Source of the DNA: Opitutales bacterium
GTDB lineage: Bacteria > Verrucomicrobiota > Verrucomicrobiia > Opitutales > PNEW01
Length of the DNA stretch: 32,000 nucleotides
NCBI GenBank assembly: GCA_965219535.1
Contig: CBDCNV010000001.1
Span: 1,230,001-1,262,000, forward strand
Direction: 5' to 3'
Shown here: positions 1 through 8,944 of the stretch, piece after piece
Layout of the letters: every line of letters starts with the position of its first letter
How positions within the stretch are numbered: position 1 is the stretch's first letter
Notes under the pieces: model-generated
What the model saw: the letters and a program-made list of their open reading frames with translations, nothing else
What the model was told of the DNA's origin: nothing
Databases searched by the model: none
Program-made: the position numbers and the translations under genes

Positions 1-115
1 TCATCTATACCTAAAATAATTATTTCATTGCCGTGAAATGTTAAAATTTAATATAAAATTAATTTTCTAACTGCCTAATCGAATAATATATTCTAAATTT
101 TCAGGAATCCAAACG

Positions 116-958
116 ATGATTGTTGATTGTCATACCCATCTCTCGACAAATGAACAGTGGGGTGAGGTTTTTTTAAATGAATTCGCTGTCGCCTATAAAA
201 AAAGCGGGATTGATTTGCACGTTACTCCGGAGAGGCATTGGAAAGCCTCTGCATCCGCAGATAAAGTCATTGTCTTTGGAATTAACTCACAATTTTTAAA
301 GATGAATACGCCGAATGATCAAATCGCGGATTATGCGAACGCTCATCCAGATAAAGTTATTGGTTTTATGTCAATTGATCCAAATGAATCAGGGGCAATC
401 GAAGAGCTGGAAAGGAGTGTGCATGATTTAAAACTACGCGGCATTAAAATGAGTCCCGTATATCAGTACTATGAGCCGATGGATGAACGCGTGCAGGAGA
501 TTTATAAACGCGCGGTAAAATACAATCTTCCTATCCTGACCCATTCCGCATTTCAGATGATACCGCAAACGCCCATGAAATGGGCGAATCCTTTACTCTT
601 TGACGAAGTCGGAATTCGCTATCCCGATTTAAAAGTCATAATCGCCCATGTCGGTATCCCCTGGTATGAAGATGCCATGGTCGTAGTGAGAAAACATCAC
701 AATTTCTATGCAGATATTTCCGGGATAATGACCAAACCCAATTGGGGTTACCAGGCTTTGCTTGCTTTTCATGAATTCCGTATTGCGCACAAGTTATTAT
801 TCGGAACAGATTTTCCCTTTGTTACGGTCGAGGATACAATCGAAGGCTTGCGCAATGCCAATCAAGTCATACCCGATAAGGGGATGACTGAAATTCCCCA
901 AACTTTAATTGAAGAAATAATTCACCGAGAAACCTTAACCCTTCTCGGCCTCGATTAA
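116..958 (+). CDS. amidohydrolase-superfamily metal-dependent hydrolase (TIM barrel, amidohydrolase_2-like)
   Basis: 280-aa ORF. N-terminal 'VDCHTHL' HxH metal motif, later 'IIAHVG' and 'FGTDFP' motifs typical of this superfamily. Confidence 0.75.
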   Translation: MIVDCHTHLSTNEQWGEVFLNEFAVAYKKSGIDLHVTPERHWKASASADKVIVFGINSQFLKMNTPNDQIADYANAHPDKVIGFMSIDPNESGAIEELERSVHDLKLRGIKMSPVYQYYEPMDERVQEIYKRAVKYNLPILTHSAFQMIPQTPMKWANPLLFDEVGIRYPDLKVIIAHVGIPWYEDAMVVVRKHHNFYADISGIMTKPNWGYQALLAFHEFRIAHKLLFGTDFPFVTVEDTIEGLRNANQVIPDKGMTEIPQTLIEEIIHRETLTLLGLD

Positions 959-1079
959 TCTTAATAGACTTCGCGCTTTAACCCAGCGACGGAAATCGCA
1001 CCCACGCATACACTCTTTATCATCGTAGTTTGCCCCATCTGTTTATCCTTAATCACTGCAATGTGGGACAAAATGACGA

Positions 1080-2501
1080 TTACTTTTTTATTTTGTGACC
1101 GCTTTTATTTCCCAAGCCGTCGTAAGCTGCATACTTATAAAGTTCGTGCAAGGTGGGGGAATTAATTGCAATCGATATACAATATTCAATCGGTTTTTTG
1201 CTTTCCACCAAAACCATGTCGAAATGTATAAGTTCAGTTGCAATCGGTCCGATAATATGAACGCCTAAAATTGTATTATCCGCGCGATTAAAAACTATTT
1301 TTAGAAACCCCTGTTTTGTCCCCATGATTCGACCGCGCGTTAGATCACTGTAACGTGCGCGACCTGCGCAGACATCGAAGTTTTGATCTAAGGCTTCTTT
1401 TTCCGTTAGTCCAATCATTGAAACTTCAGGCACTGTGTACATGCCCAGGGGATACTGGTCGGCGATATGTTCTACATCCGATAGACCAAACATGTGCGCA
1501 ACGGCTACGCGTCCCTGGTCCATGCTAATACTCGCGAGCGCTGGAAAGCCAATCACATCGCCCACGGCGAAAATGTTTGGCGTATTACTCCGATACTCTT
1601 TATCGACGATAATTGTTTCACGTTTCCCCGTTTTTAACCCTGCATTTTCACAATGCAAGGTGCCAATATTACCGCAACGGCCAGCTCCATAGAGAAACAT
1701 ATCTGCTTCAATAGTAACATCGGATGTGAGTTTCGCGTAAGCCTTTTTACCATCGTCAGTTTCTTTGATCGCCACGCTCTCAACCCGGGTATCAAAGAGT
1801 ATTTCGACCTTATCGCGTTTCATTTGTTCAACGAGAGCATTAGATATCTCCCCATCCAGAAATTGAAGGATCTTATTGTGACTGTTTACAAGATAGACTT
1901 TGCTGCCAAGCGTTGAGAAAATTGTCGCGTACTCACAGCCAATCACTCCCGCTCCCACAATGCAGATGGTCTCCGGCATGCGGTCTATTTCAAGAATAGT
2001 ATCAGAGTCATGGATATAATTACCATCAAAGGGAATGCCGGGAGGGTGGTAGGGGTAAGAACCGGTCGCGATAATGATATATTCCCCCTTGATGACAACA
2101 GTTTCTCCACCCTTAATTTCAAGGTGGTGTTCGTCAATGAATGAAGCTGATCCCTGGTAAATATCTACCTTATGGATCTCGAGATTATGATGAACTTCTT
2201 CGCTTATACTTTTAACAATAAGATTTTTGCGGTACAGGAAGTGTTTTACAGATGCTTTTTCCTGCAATTTTCGTTCGATCCCGTACAATCCGCTGTCATA
2301 TTTACCCGATAAATAAAGGGCCGACTCTTTCAGAGTCTTCGAAGGCACGGTTCCAGTTTTTACCCCCGCGCCCCCATAAGCAGAATCCTTTTCGATGATT
2401 GCTACTTTATGACCGAAGTATGCCGCTTTAACTGCAGCTTTTTCACCGGCAGGTCCCGTTCCGATTACAATCAGGTCATATTCTTTACTGGATTTCACCA
2501 T
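1080..2501 (-). CDS. sthA: soluble pyridine nucleotide transhydrogenase-like flavoprotein (SthA/UdhA family, pyridine nucleotide-disulfide oxidoreductase fold)
   Basis: 473-aa ORF with a GxGxxG FAD site ('VIGTGPAG'). 'GSYPYHP...DSDTIL...VGAGVIGCEYATIF', 'AVGDVIGFPALASISMDQGR' and 'YTVPEVSMIG' align by eye with E. coli SthA. The redox-disulfide position reads 'GGAGVKTGTVPSK' with no Cys pair, as expected for SthA rather than Lpd. Confidence 0.75.
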   Translation of the reverse strand: MVKSSKEYDLIVIGTGPAGEKAAVKAAYFGHKVAIIEKDSAYGGAGVKTGTVPSKTLKESALYLSGKYDSGLYGIERKLQEKASVKHFLYRKNLIVKSISEEVHHNLEIHKVDIYQGSASFIDEHHLEIKGGETVVIKGEYIIIATGSYPYHPPGIPFDGNYIHDSDTILEIDRMPETICIVGAGVIGCEYATIFSTLGSKVYLVNSHNKILQFLDGEISNALVEQMKRDKVEILFDTRVESVAIKETDDGKKAYAKLTSDVTIEADMFLYGAGRCGNIGTLHCENAGLKTGKRETIIVDKEYRSNTPNIFAVGDVIGFPALASISMDQGRVAVAHMFGLSDVEHIADQYPLGMYTVPEVSMIGLTEKEALDQNFDVCAGRARYSDLTRGRIMGTKQGFLKIVFNRADNTILGVHIIGPIATELIHFDMVLVESKKPIEYCISIAINSPTLHELYKYAAYDGLGNKSGHKIKK

Positions 2502-2743
2502 CGTGTGTAAGGGTGGTTATGGGGAAAGTATTCTCATTTACAAATTAAAAGGCCCAGTAAGCAATACCTGCACTCTGTAAGAAGGATATAAAATGGATCT
2601 TGGGAGGTAATATTATAAATTATTGTCTTTAACACCTGGTAAGGAAGGAAGAATGGAAGTTTTGATGATTGGACGTGTGGGGTTTTCCTTTGGTCATCAT
2701 CCATCTTTCCAACCTTCCTTTCAAGTCAAGTATCTTGCAACTC

Positions 2744-2916
2744 GAGGTGGAACGCGCTGCCTGACCGCCATAGCATTTCACTACACAGCGACGGCTGGTT
2801 CCCTAGCGCGTTTGAGAATGTCGCATTTGAAGAAGCGTGCTCGGGATCAGCCGTCGCCAAGACTATGTCGGACAGGACTTCGATGAGCTCAGCCGAATCG
2901 AAGCCCGCTCCACCTC
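2744..2916 (+). repeat. interspersed repeat family 1, copy A (173 bp, terminal inverted repeats GAGGTGGARCG)
   Basis: It starts 'gaggtggaacgcg' and ends 'gcccgctccacctc', which are inverted termini. The core 2801-2877 is homologous to 17842-17918 (61 of 77 positions in my hand alignment) and to the reverse complement of 16156-16234. Confidence 0.75.
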
Positions 2917-2936
2917 AATGTTTTTAAATAACTTGA

Positions 2937-3217
2937 GGGACGAAGACGAAGATTTAAATATCCAGGCTTTTCACCCCGGAGGGGTGAAACAATCGTAGCC
3001 CATAGCGTAAGCTATGGGAATAAATATGTGTATTTTTAATGAAGCCCCAGCGGGGCGACACAACAAATCTTCCGACTGTTATTGTATCGCCCCGCTGGGG
3101 CTCCGGATTTTAATTATATCTAAAACTCACAGCTAACGCTGTGGGCTAAGACTATGCCGCCCCTCCGGGGCTTTGAGAAATAGCAGGGACGAAGACGATG
3201 AGGTAGACGAAGATTTA
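2937..3217. repeat. hairpin cassette bounded by direct repeats of the GGGACGAAGACGA...GACGAAGATTTA word
   Basis: The direct repeats lie at 2937-2956 and 3186-3217. Between them are five hairpins: 2970-2988 (8-bp stem), 2999-3018 (8-bp stem, GTAA loop), 3044-3058/3087-3101 (15-nt arms, each arm also self-complementary), 3128-3143 and 3159-3171. Confidence 0.75.
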
Positions 3218-3231
3218 CCTGATTAATACAA

Positions 3232-4416
3232 TCATCCCAGGAAGACAAAGCCCACTGCGGCCGAAAATAATACGACGAGCCAGGCCGGACATTTCCAGAT
3301 GACGAGTAAACCGAATGCAGCCAGACAAAGAATGAAATCATGTGTATTGCCAATCGCGCTGATCCATACGGGATTGTAAAGTGCAGCTAATAATAACCCA
3401 ACGACCACAGCATTAACCCCTTTCAGAGCAGCTTGTGCAACGGGTTGCTGTCTCAATTTTTCCCAATAGGGAATTACGCCCAGGATCAGAAGAAATGAAG
3501 GAGTATATAGGGCGATGAGACACCACAACCCGCCTAGCCAACCTTGTGAGGTCATAACAGTACCGAGATAGGCGGCAAAAGTGAATAGAGGCCCTGGAAC
3601 AGCCTGGGCCGCGCCATAACCAGCTAAGAATTGGTCTTTGTTTATCCAACCCGTTGGCACTACCTCCGATTGTAGCATAGGGAGAACAACATGCCCACCT
3701 CCAAATACGAGTGAACCAGACCGGTAGAAACTGTCGAATAATACCAGTGCTTGATGGGGAAAAATGACCGATAATATCGGCAGACTGATTAGCAAACTTG
3801 CGAATAAGATAAGACATTTTACGCTTAAATTTTTATATCTATCGACAGGTAACGCCTGTCTTGCGTGGGAAGTTTTAGCATCTCTTAAAATCGCCCAACC
3901 GGTAAAACCACCGATAATGATTAGCACTATCTGAATCATTGGTAATGGCCATATAAGATACCCCATGGTTGAAAGCAGGGCCAAGGTAACACGCTTGCGA
4001 TCTGGACATAGCTTTGTCGCCATTCCCCATACCGCTTGAGCAACTACCGCGACCGCGACAATTTTTAATCCCGCGAGTAAGCCGCTTAGATTCCATGAAT
4101 TGAGCGCACTTATTCCATAGGCAAAAACAATAAGTACGATCGCTGATGGTGTGGTAAAGCCCAGCCATGCCGCGAAGCCACCCCTCAATCCACCTCGAAT
4201 GAGCCCAATCGTCATTCCCACTTGACTGCTCGCCGGCCCGGGGAGGAATTGGCACAAAGCGACTATATCAGCATAGGTATTTTCTTCAATCCAACGCCGA
4301 CGAATAATAAATTCATCTCGGAAATAGCCGATGTGAGCTACCGGACCTCCAAAAGACGTTAACCCCAGTTTAAGAAAGGCAAAAAATATTTCGCCAAATG
4401 GTATGCGTTCTGACAA
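3232..4416 (-). CDS. chrA: chromate ion transporter (CHR family, two fused CHR domains)
   Basis: 394-aa polytopic membrane ORF. 'FLKLGLTSFGGPVAHIGYFRDEF' and the second-half 'SGSLVFGGGHVVLPML' are the hallmark CHR-domain motifs. Confidence 0.85.
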   Translation of the reverse strand: MSERIPFGEIFFAFLKLGLTSFGGPVAHIGYFRDEFIIRRRWIEENTYADIVALCQFLPGPASSQVGMTIGLIRGGLRGGFAAWLGFTTPSAIVLIVFAYGISALNSWNLSGLLAGLKIVAVAVVAQAVWGMATKLCPDRKRVTLALLSTMGYLIWPLPMIQIVLIIIGGFTGWAILRDAKTSHARQALPVDRYKNLSVKCLILFASLLISLPILSVIFPHQALVLFDSFYRSGSLVFGGGHVVLPMLQSEVVPTGWINKDQFLAGYGAAQAVPGPLFTFAAYLGTVMTSQGWLGGLWCLIALYTPSFLLILGVIPYWEKLRQQPVAQAALKGVNAVVVGLLLAALYNPVWISAIGNTHDFILCLAAFGLLVIWKCPAWLVVLFSAAVGFVFLG

Positions 4417-4424
4417 TTAAATTT

Positions 4425-5363
4425 TCAGCTAACTTTATCTGCGACTCGACCTTTTGCCTGGGCTATGATGTCTACATGGACGCGTTCGCTCCAGGCTTGA
4501 ATGAGTTTATTGAAAACGGGTCCCGGTGTGCCACTCCCCACCGTGAAGCTGTTAAAACGAGTCACCGGCAGTATGCAATAAGAGGTGCTGCAAAAAAAGG
4601 CTTCGTCCGCGTTGATAACGTGAAAGGGTTGGATGTCTTCTTCACTCGTTGGTATATCCAATTGCTCTGCTAATTCTAACACCGTGGCGCGACTGACTCC
4701 ATCTAAAGCATTATCAGTTTTTGGTGTTCTTAAAACACCATTGGAGAAAATAAGAAAATTCGCACCCTTATTTTCCGTAAGGTTTCCGTTGAGATCCATA
4801 AAGAGTGAGAATGCTTCTGGATCTACAGCTTTCACTTCAAATTCACCCATGCACATGAACAACCGGCTTTTGTGTTTGATCTTTGAATCTAATGTTTGCG
4901 GTGGGATATGACGAATGGATGGTGTTACGGCGTGCACCCCAGTATCATAAAGATGCGCATAATCTGGTAAAGTAAGAGGTGGACTACTGATGATGAGTAC
5001 CGGGTCGGCAAATTCAAAGCCACCGATAGCCCTTGTCGTTCTCCCCCCGGAGATTTGCTGATTTAACCATACATCCATTTCAGGTTCGAGATGAGGTATA
5101 TTAGCTTCTAAAACGGCGCGTGTTATACGTTCCATTTCATCGGGATCCATGCCCGGATCAATACGGACCGCTTTCATTGAAAGATAGAAACGCTCAATAT
5201 GCTCACGCATTTTGAAAGGTCGATGAGCAAAAGTGCGGGCGCAGTCAATTACCGAATATCCCCAACCCATACTCGAATCTGAGTAGTGAACTTTTACTTC
5301 GGAATCAGGAACCATTTTTCCGTTAAAGTAGGTGATGAATTCTTCTTTGTGTTTCTCGCTCAT
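4425..5363 (-). CDS. aminotransferase class IV (branched-chain amino acid / D-amino acid aminotransferase fold type IV)
   Basis: 312-aa ORF. C-terminal 'GVSRATVLELAEQLDIP..EE.I......ADEAFFCSTSYCILPV' matches the class IV PLP-enzyme pattern. It lies 8 bp upstream of chrA on the same strand. Confidence 0.75.
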   Translation of the reverse strand: MSEKHKEEFITYFNGKMVPDSEVKVHYSDSSMGWGYSVIDCARTFAHRPFKMREHIERFYLSMKAVRIDPGMDPDEMERITRAVLEANIPHLEPEMDVWLNQQISGGRTTRAIGGFEFADPVLIISSPPLTLPDYAHLYDTGVHAVTPSIRHIPPQTLDSKIKHKSRLFMCMGEFEVKAVDPEAFSLFMDLNGNLTENKGANFLIFSNGVLRTPKTDNALDGVSRATVLELAEQLDIPTSEEDIQPFHVINADEAFFCSTSYCILPVTRFNSFTVGSGTPGPVFNKLIQAWSERVHVDIIAQAKGRVADKVS

Positions 5364-5497
5364 TGATTTGTTTATCCTATTTTGGTTGCTGAGAGGCTTA
5401 GTGGAAATAGCTCACAGCGATTTATTAATTTGTATCATTGATGTCAACCGGTATATCACCCCTACTGATCCACTGACAGATAATTAAATATTCCCGA

Positions 5498-6550
5498 TCA
5501 GGGTTTAAGCACAACCCGTCCCGAAACCTGACCTTTCCTGAGATCGGTTAATGCTTCATTTGCATGATCGAGAGGGCGAGTTTCAATAGGAATAGGGGAT
5601 ACCTTGCCAGCTTTAACCAATTCGATTAACTCGAACATTTCTGTTAGGGTGCCCATCTTTGTCCCCTTTATCTTCAGCAATCTTTGCATCACTAAGACCA
5701 GCGGTAAAGATAATGCTCCTCCCATAATACCTGCCGAAACCAGGGTCCCTCCATTGCGTATACTATCGATGCCAAACTGGGCCGTTGACGGCATGCCAAC
5801 GAAATCAATTGCCGCCGCCGCGCCCCCGCCAGTGATTTCCTTAATATACTCGATCGCTGATGAATCACTATTATCAACCGTCTCCTCGGCACCAGCTTCA
5901 CGTGCAACATTCAGTTTATTAGCATCGATATCGGCGACTATCACCTTACCCTTCGCTACATTGGGCGCGATTTTTAATGCACTTAGACCAAGACCTCCGG
6001 CGCCGATAATTACAATCGCATCGGATTCAGTTTTTACTTCTGTTTTCTTGAGCGCACTGTAGGCGGTGAGCCCCGAGCAGGCATAGGTACAGGCAAGTTC
6101 TGTAGGAATACCAGCGTAATCAACCAGGTATTTAGGATGGGGGACAATAACATAATCACTATAGCCCCCACCGCGGAATACACCGATGTATTGCGGTTTT
6201 ACACAAATCATATTTTCATCTCGGGTGCACGCTTTGCATGTTCCGCACCCAATCCATGGATAAACAATGCGTTTTTCCCCTACGGTGATTCCTTGGACTT
6301 CAGGTCCGATCGACTCCACTTCACCGACAACCTCATGCCCCATTGTAAAGGGTGGGGTTAACCCGCGCTCTGAAAACATTAACCGTTCGTCGTTTCCTAG
6401 ATTCAAATAGCCTTCCCAGATATGAAGATCACTGTGACAAACGCCGCAGGCGTCGACACGCATGATTACCTCCGTTCCCATGGGTTCCGGGGTTGGCCTT
6501 TCCCGTTGTTCGAGCGGTTTTCCCCAATCAATCACTTGATAACTGCGCAT
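5498..6550 (-). CDS. zinc-dependent alcohol dehydrogenase (MDR superfamily)
   Basis: 350-aa ORF. Motifs: 'GVCHSDLH' catalytic Zn, 'GHEVVGEV', structural-Zn Cys cluster 'CGTCKACTRDENMC', and Rossmann 'IGAGGLG'. Confidence 0.85.
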   Translation of the reverse strand: MRSYQVIDWGKPLEQRERPTPEPMGTEVIMRVDACGVCHSDLHIWEGYLNLGNDERLMFSERGLTPPFTMGHEVVGEVESIGPEVQGITVGEKRIVYPWIGCGTCKACTRDENMICVKPQYIGVFRGGGYSDYVIVPHPKYLVDYAGIPTELACTYACSGLTAYSALKKTEVKTESDAIVIIGAGGLGLSALKIAPNVAKGKVIVADIDANKLNVAREAGAEETVDNSDSSAIEYIKEITGGGAAAAIDFVGMPSTAQFGIDSIRNGGTLVSAGIMGGALSLPLVLVMQRLLKIKGTKMGTLTEMFELIELVKAGKVSPIPIETRPLDHANEALTDLRKGQVSGRVVLKP

Positions 6551-7250
6551 GACTTATTCCTTTTAGATACTCTATTACATTGTCCACGGGCATCACATCG
6601 CCGAGATCTATATCGATGTCCAGTAAATTTACCTCATGCATAATTTCGCAGCGTTCGCCCACCGCTTCAGCCGGTACGATAATTCGATAGTCGTCAGTTG
6701 CATCCCGGCAAGTGGCATAGATGCAATGACTGGTGCTGACGCCCGTTACAATCAGAGTGTCCACTTGTAATTCCGAAAGAATGGCGTGAAAATTTGTATC
6801 CTTAAATGCGGAAGCGTATTTTTTTAAAATGATCCTTTCAGAAGACCTGTGCTTAAGACGAGGGTCCAACTGCAAAAGGGGTTCATCCCCAGGTTTGAGG
6901 TCCATTTGACACTTCTTATCGCGAGGGCTGGGGGGCGCAGCGGGATCATAATCCAAGGAAGTAAAAAAAATGGGGATTTCCGCTTTCCGCGCAGCCTCGA
7001 GGAGCCGAGCTGTCGCCTCTACCACGGAATCAACATTGCTTCCCATTTGGTGTTGTGGTTGGGTCCAGAAAAGAGCGAGATCTACAACCACAAGCGCCGG
7101 GTTCTCGCCAAATCCTACGCGGCCACCCCAGTTATTTTCAAGATAACGTTCACGTAAATAATTCAGGTGTTTTTTCAGCGGTTCACGCAATTCGTCAGGT
7201 AATCGCAGGTCATTTGATCCGGTAATCTGACGGGTTGATTTATCAGTCAT
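6528..7250 (-). CDS. isochorismatase-family cysteine hydrolase
   Basis: 240-aa ORF. 'ALVVVDL' N-terminal strand and 'LIVTGVSTSHCIYATCRDA' nucleophile-Cys motif. The 3' end overlaps the ADH start by 23 nt. Confidence 0.7.
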   Translation of the reverse strand: MTDKSTRQITGSNDLRLPDELREPLKKHLNYLRERYLENNWGGRVGFGENPALVVVDLALFWTQPQHQMGSNVDSVVEATARLLEAARKAEIPIFFTSLDYDPAAPPSPRDKKCQMDLKPGDEPLLQLDPRLKHRSSERIILKKYASAFKDTNFHAILSELQVDTLIVTGVSTSHCIYATCRDATDDYRIIVPAEAVGERCEIMHEVNLLDIDIDLGDVMPVDNVIEYLKGISHAQLSSD

Positions 7251-7287
7251 CCTTTTACTAATTATCTGTTAATAGCACTCATATATT

Positions 7288-8493
7288 CTAAATACCAGTT
7301 TGAATACGGAATTGCGCGCTGAATATACTGTAACTGATTAAAGCCATTGCAGGAATCACAAATCCGCCCAAACCGGGGATCCATTGTAAACTGATAAGGA
7401 GGAAGAATAAAAGCCGAATTAACCATTTTAAGATGAAACTTTGACTTAAGGGGATATATTGTCGAAAGGGGCCGACGAGCCTGAGCCGATAATAAATGAC
7501 CCCGGGAACGAGGCCTATAACCGGGATAAGACTGAAGAGAAAAGAAATTAAACATACACCGGGAACTCGCGTGCGAATACGGTGGAGGTAATTCCTCGCA
7601 AAATCCTTGTCGGCTAATAATTGATGTCCGCATGCATCGCAGGTTTGATTGACAGAACGTTTTTTAAATCGCGTCGCACAAACGGGGCATCGTTTCTTTG
7701 CCACTAAGAAATAGGGATGTGCTTCAAGATCATCTTCAGCTTTTTTCTTGGACTGGCCCAAAGCTCCCACTTTGCTCGGGTGCTCGCGCTTTTCTCCGCA
7801 TTGGGGACAGGCAATGGCCGTTCGATAGACACTCTCTCCACACTGATTACAATCTACTTTAGATTTTTCCTCCCGATAGGTGACATACTTTTGGGCGATG
7901 AAGAGAATTCCCAAGGCTACGCCATTGACGATAAGCATGAGTATGGGGAAAAACAACAGCGCTAAAATTCCAAAAGCAGCCCAGATATCCTCAACCCAGC
8001 TGATAAAATTTTGAATACCAAAATCGTCGTCTTCGTCAGCAGTACGTAATACTTCCAATAGACCCTTACGCATCCTGCTTGCGATATAAGCAGCGCCGGC
8101 AACGAATACAGTGAAAACGGTGTCGAAGACGCCAGCCTGGGTAATCGTTTTCTCTATAAAATCAATATCTACCGCGCTGATTAAACCCAAAAACGAGAGT
8201 CCCGCTAAAGCTGTTTTTGTGTAACCGTCAATCTCCTGCAATGCTAACCTGGCTTCAGGCACTTTATCCGCCGCCATTTCCAGTATAGATAAGAATCCAA
8301 GGATGGTAAGGGTAGCGCCGTGCGTAAACCATACCGGTTCTTGCCCCACATGATTGACGAGATCGATATTTTTCATGTAGGGGAGCACATCGCCGTAGCG
8401 CAAGGAGAAGGCAGTTATAAACGCGGGAAGGAATGCGCGGGAAGAAAACATCCCGATGGACCCAAAACCGTGCACCAAGGCATTAGTGAGCAT
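7288..8493 (-). CDS. membrane protein: DUF4126-like N-terminal domain fused to double zinc-ribbon and C-terminal TM hairpin
   Basis: 401-aa ORF. The hydrophobic N-terminal half begins 'GFGSIGMFSSRAFLPAFITA', as in DUF4126. The central segment has 'CNQCGESVYRTAIACPQCG' and 'CPVCATRFKKRSVNQTCDACG' (two CxxC...CxxC ribbons). Two further hydrophobic helices lie at the C-terminus. Confidence 0.6.
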   Translation of the reverse strand: MLTNALVHGFGSIGMFSSRAFLPAFITAFSLRYGDVLPYMKNIDLVNHVGQEPVWFTHGATLTILGFLSILEMAADKVPEARLALQEIDGYTKTALAGLSFLGLISAVDIDFIEKTITQAGVFDTVFTVFVAGAAYIASRMRKGLLEVLRTADEDDDFGIQNFISWVEDIWAAFGILALLFFPILMLIVNGVALGILFIAQKYVTYREEKSKVDCNQCGESVYRTAIACPQCGEKREHPSKVGALGQSKKKAEDDLEAHPYFLVAKKRCPVCATRFKKRSVNQTCDACGHQLLADKDFARNYLHRIRTRVPGVCLISFLFSLIPVIGLVPGVIYYRLRLVGPFRQYIPLSQSFILKWLIRLLFFLLISLQWIPGLGGFVIPAMALISYSIFSAQFRIQTGI

Positions 8494-8780
8494 ATTTAGA
8501 TGGAGTATTATTTTCTAACGGTAGACAATGGCAAAAATTTGCAATCGATACTCACTGATTTTTAGCTCCCGTTACGAGTGCCTATTACAGATTATTTATA
8601 GGTCACTAAACGACCGATTCAAGCGAGACGCATACTTGGGGGAGATGATCGCCAGGGTAGTGTTATAACAGGAGCAAAAATCTGATTTATTTACGCATAT
8701 CACGGAACGTTGTGAACAGAATCCTTGTCCTATTAAATGGATTATTTTATGGATGCACTGATATACTATAAATCATTATG

Positions 8781-8812
8781 ATTCAGTAAGATAAATATTC
8801 AGTAAGATTAAT
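8781..8812. repeat. 16-bp tandem direct repeat upstream of paralog 1 (possible regulator binding site)
   Basis: 'attcagtaagataaat' (8781-8796) is followed immediately by 'attcagtaagattaat' (8797-8812), with one mismatch. It lies ~130 nt upstream of ATG 8945. Confidence 0.5.
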
Positions 8813-8944
8813 ATGATGATTGATGTAAAAATATTTATCGATCGAGAACTGGACAAATTTAATTCATCAATTATCAATAAAAGTATGTCATTAAATGACA
8901 TTGTAATCATATGAGATAAAACCTCTAAAAAAGTGATACGCATT

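Noticed and set aside
1435-1916. Plus-strand ORFs 1435-1692 and 1653-1916 opposite sthA, with similar shadow ORFs opposite chrA, ADH, isochorismatase, the DegT gene and others.
   Set aside because: They are fully embedded antisense to genes with strong family motifs and have no motifs of their own. They are typical shadow ORFs.
2623-2886. 87-aa plus-strand ORF in the sthA-chrA intergenic region.
   Set aside because: It is made almost entirely of repeat family-1 copy A and flanking word repeats. The other copies of the repeat do not keep the frame open. No protein motif is present.
7262-7633. 123-aa minus-strand ORF overlapping the 3' end of the DUF4126-like gene in another frame.
   Set aside because: The 401-aa frame has coherent TM helices and zinc-ribbon motifs throughout this region. 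The alternative frame is compositionally odd and motif-free.
8813-8914. 33-aa upstream ORF (MMIDVKIFIDRELDKFNSSIINKSMSLNDIVII) just before paralog 1.
   Set aside because: It lies in very AT-rich DNA where such ORFs arise by chance. It has no convincing RBS and no counterpart upstream of paralogs 2 and 3.
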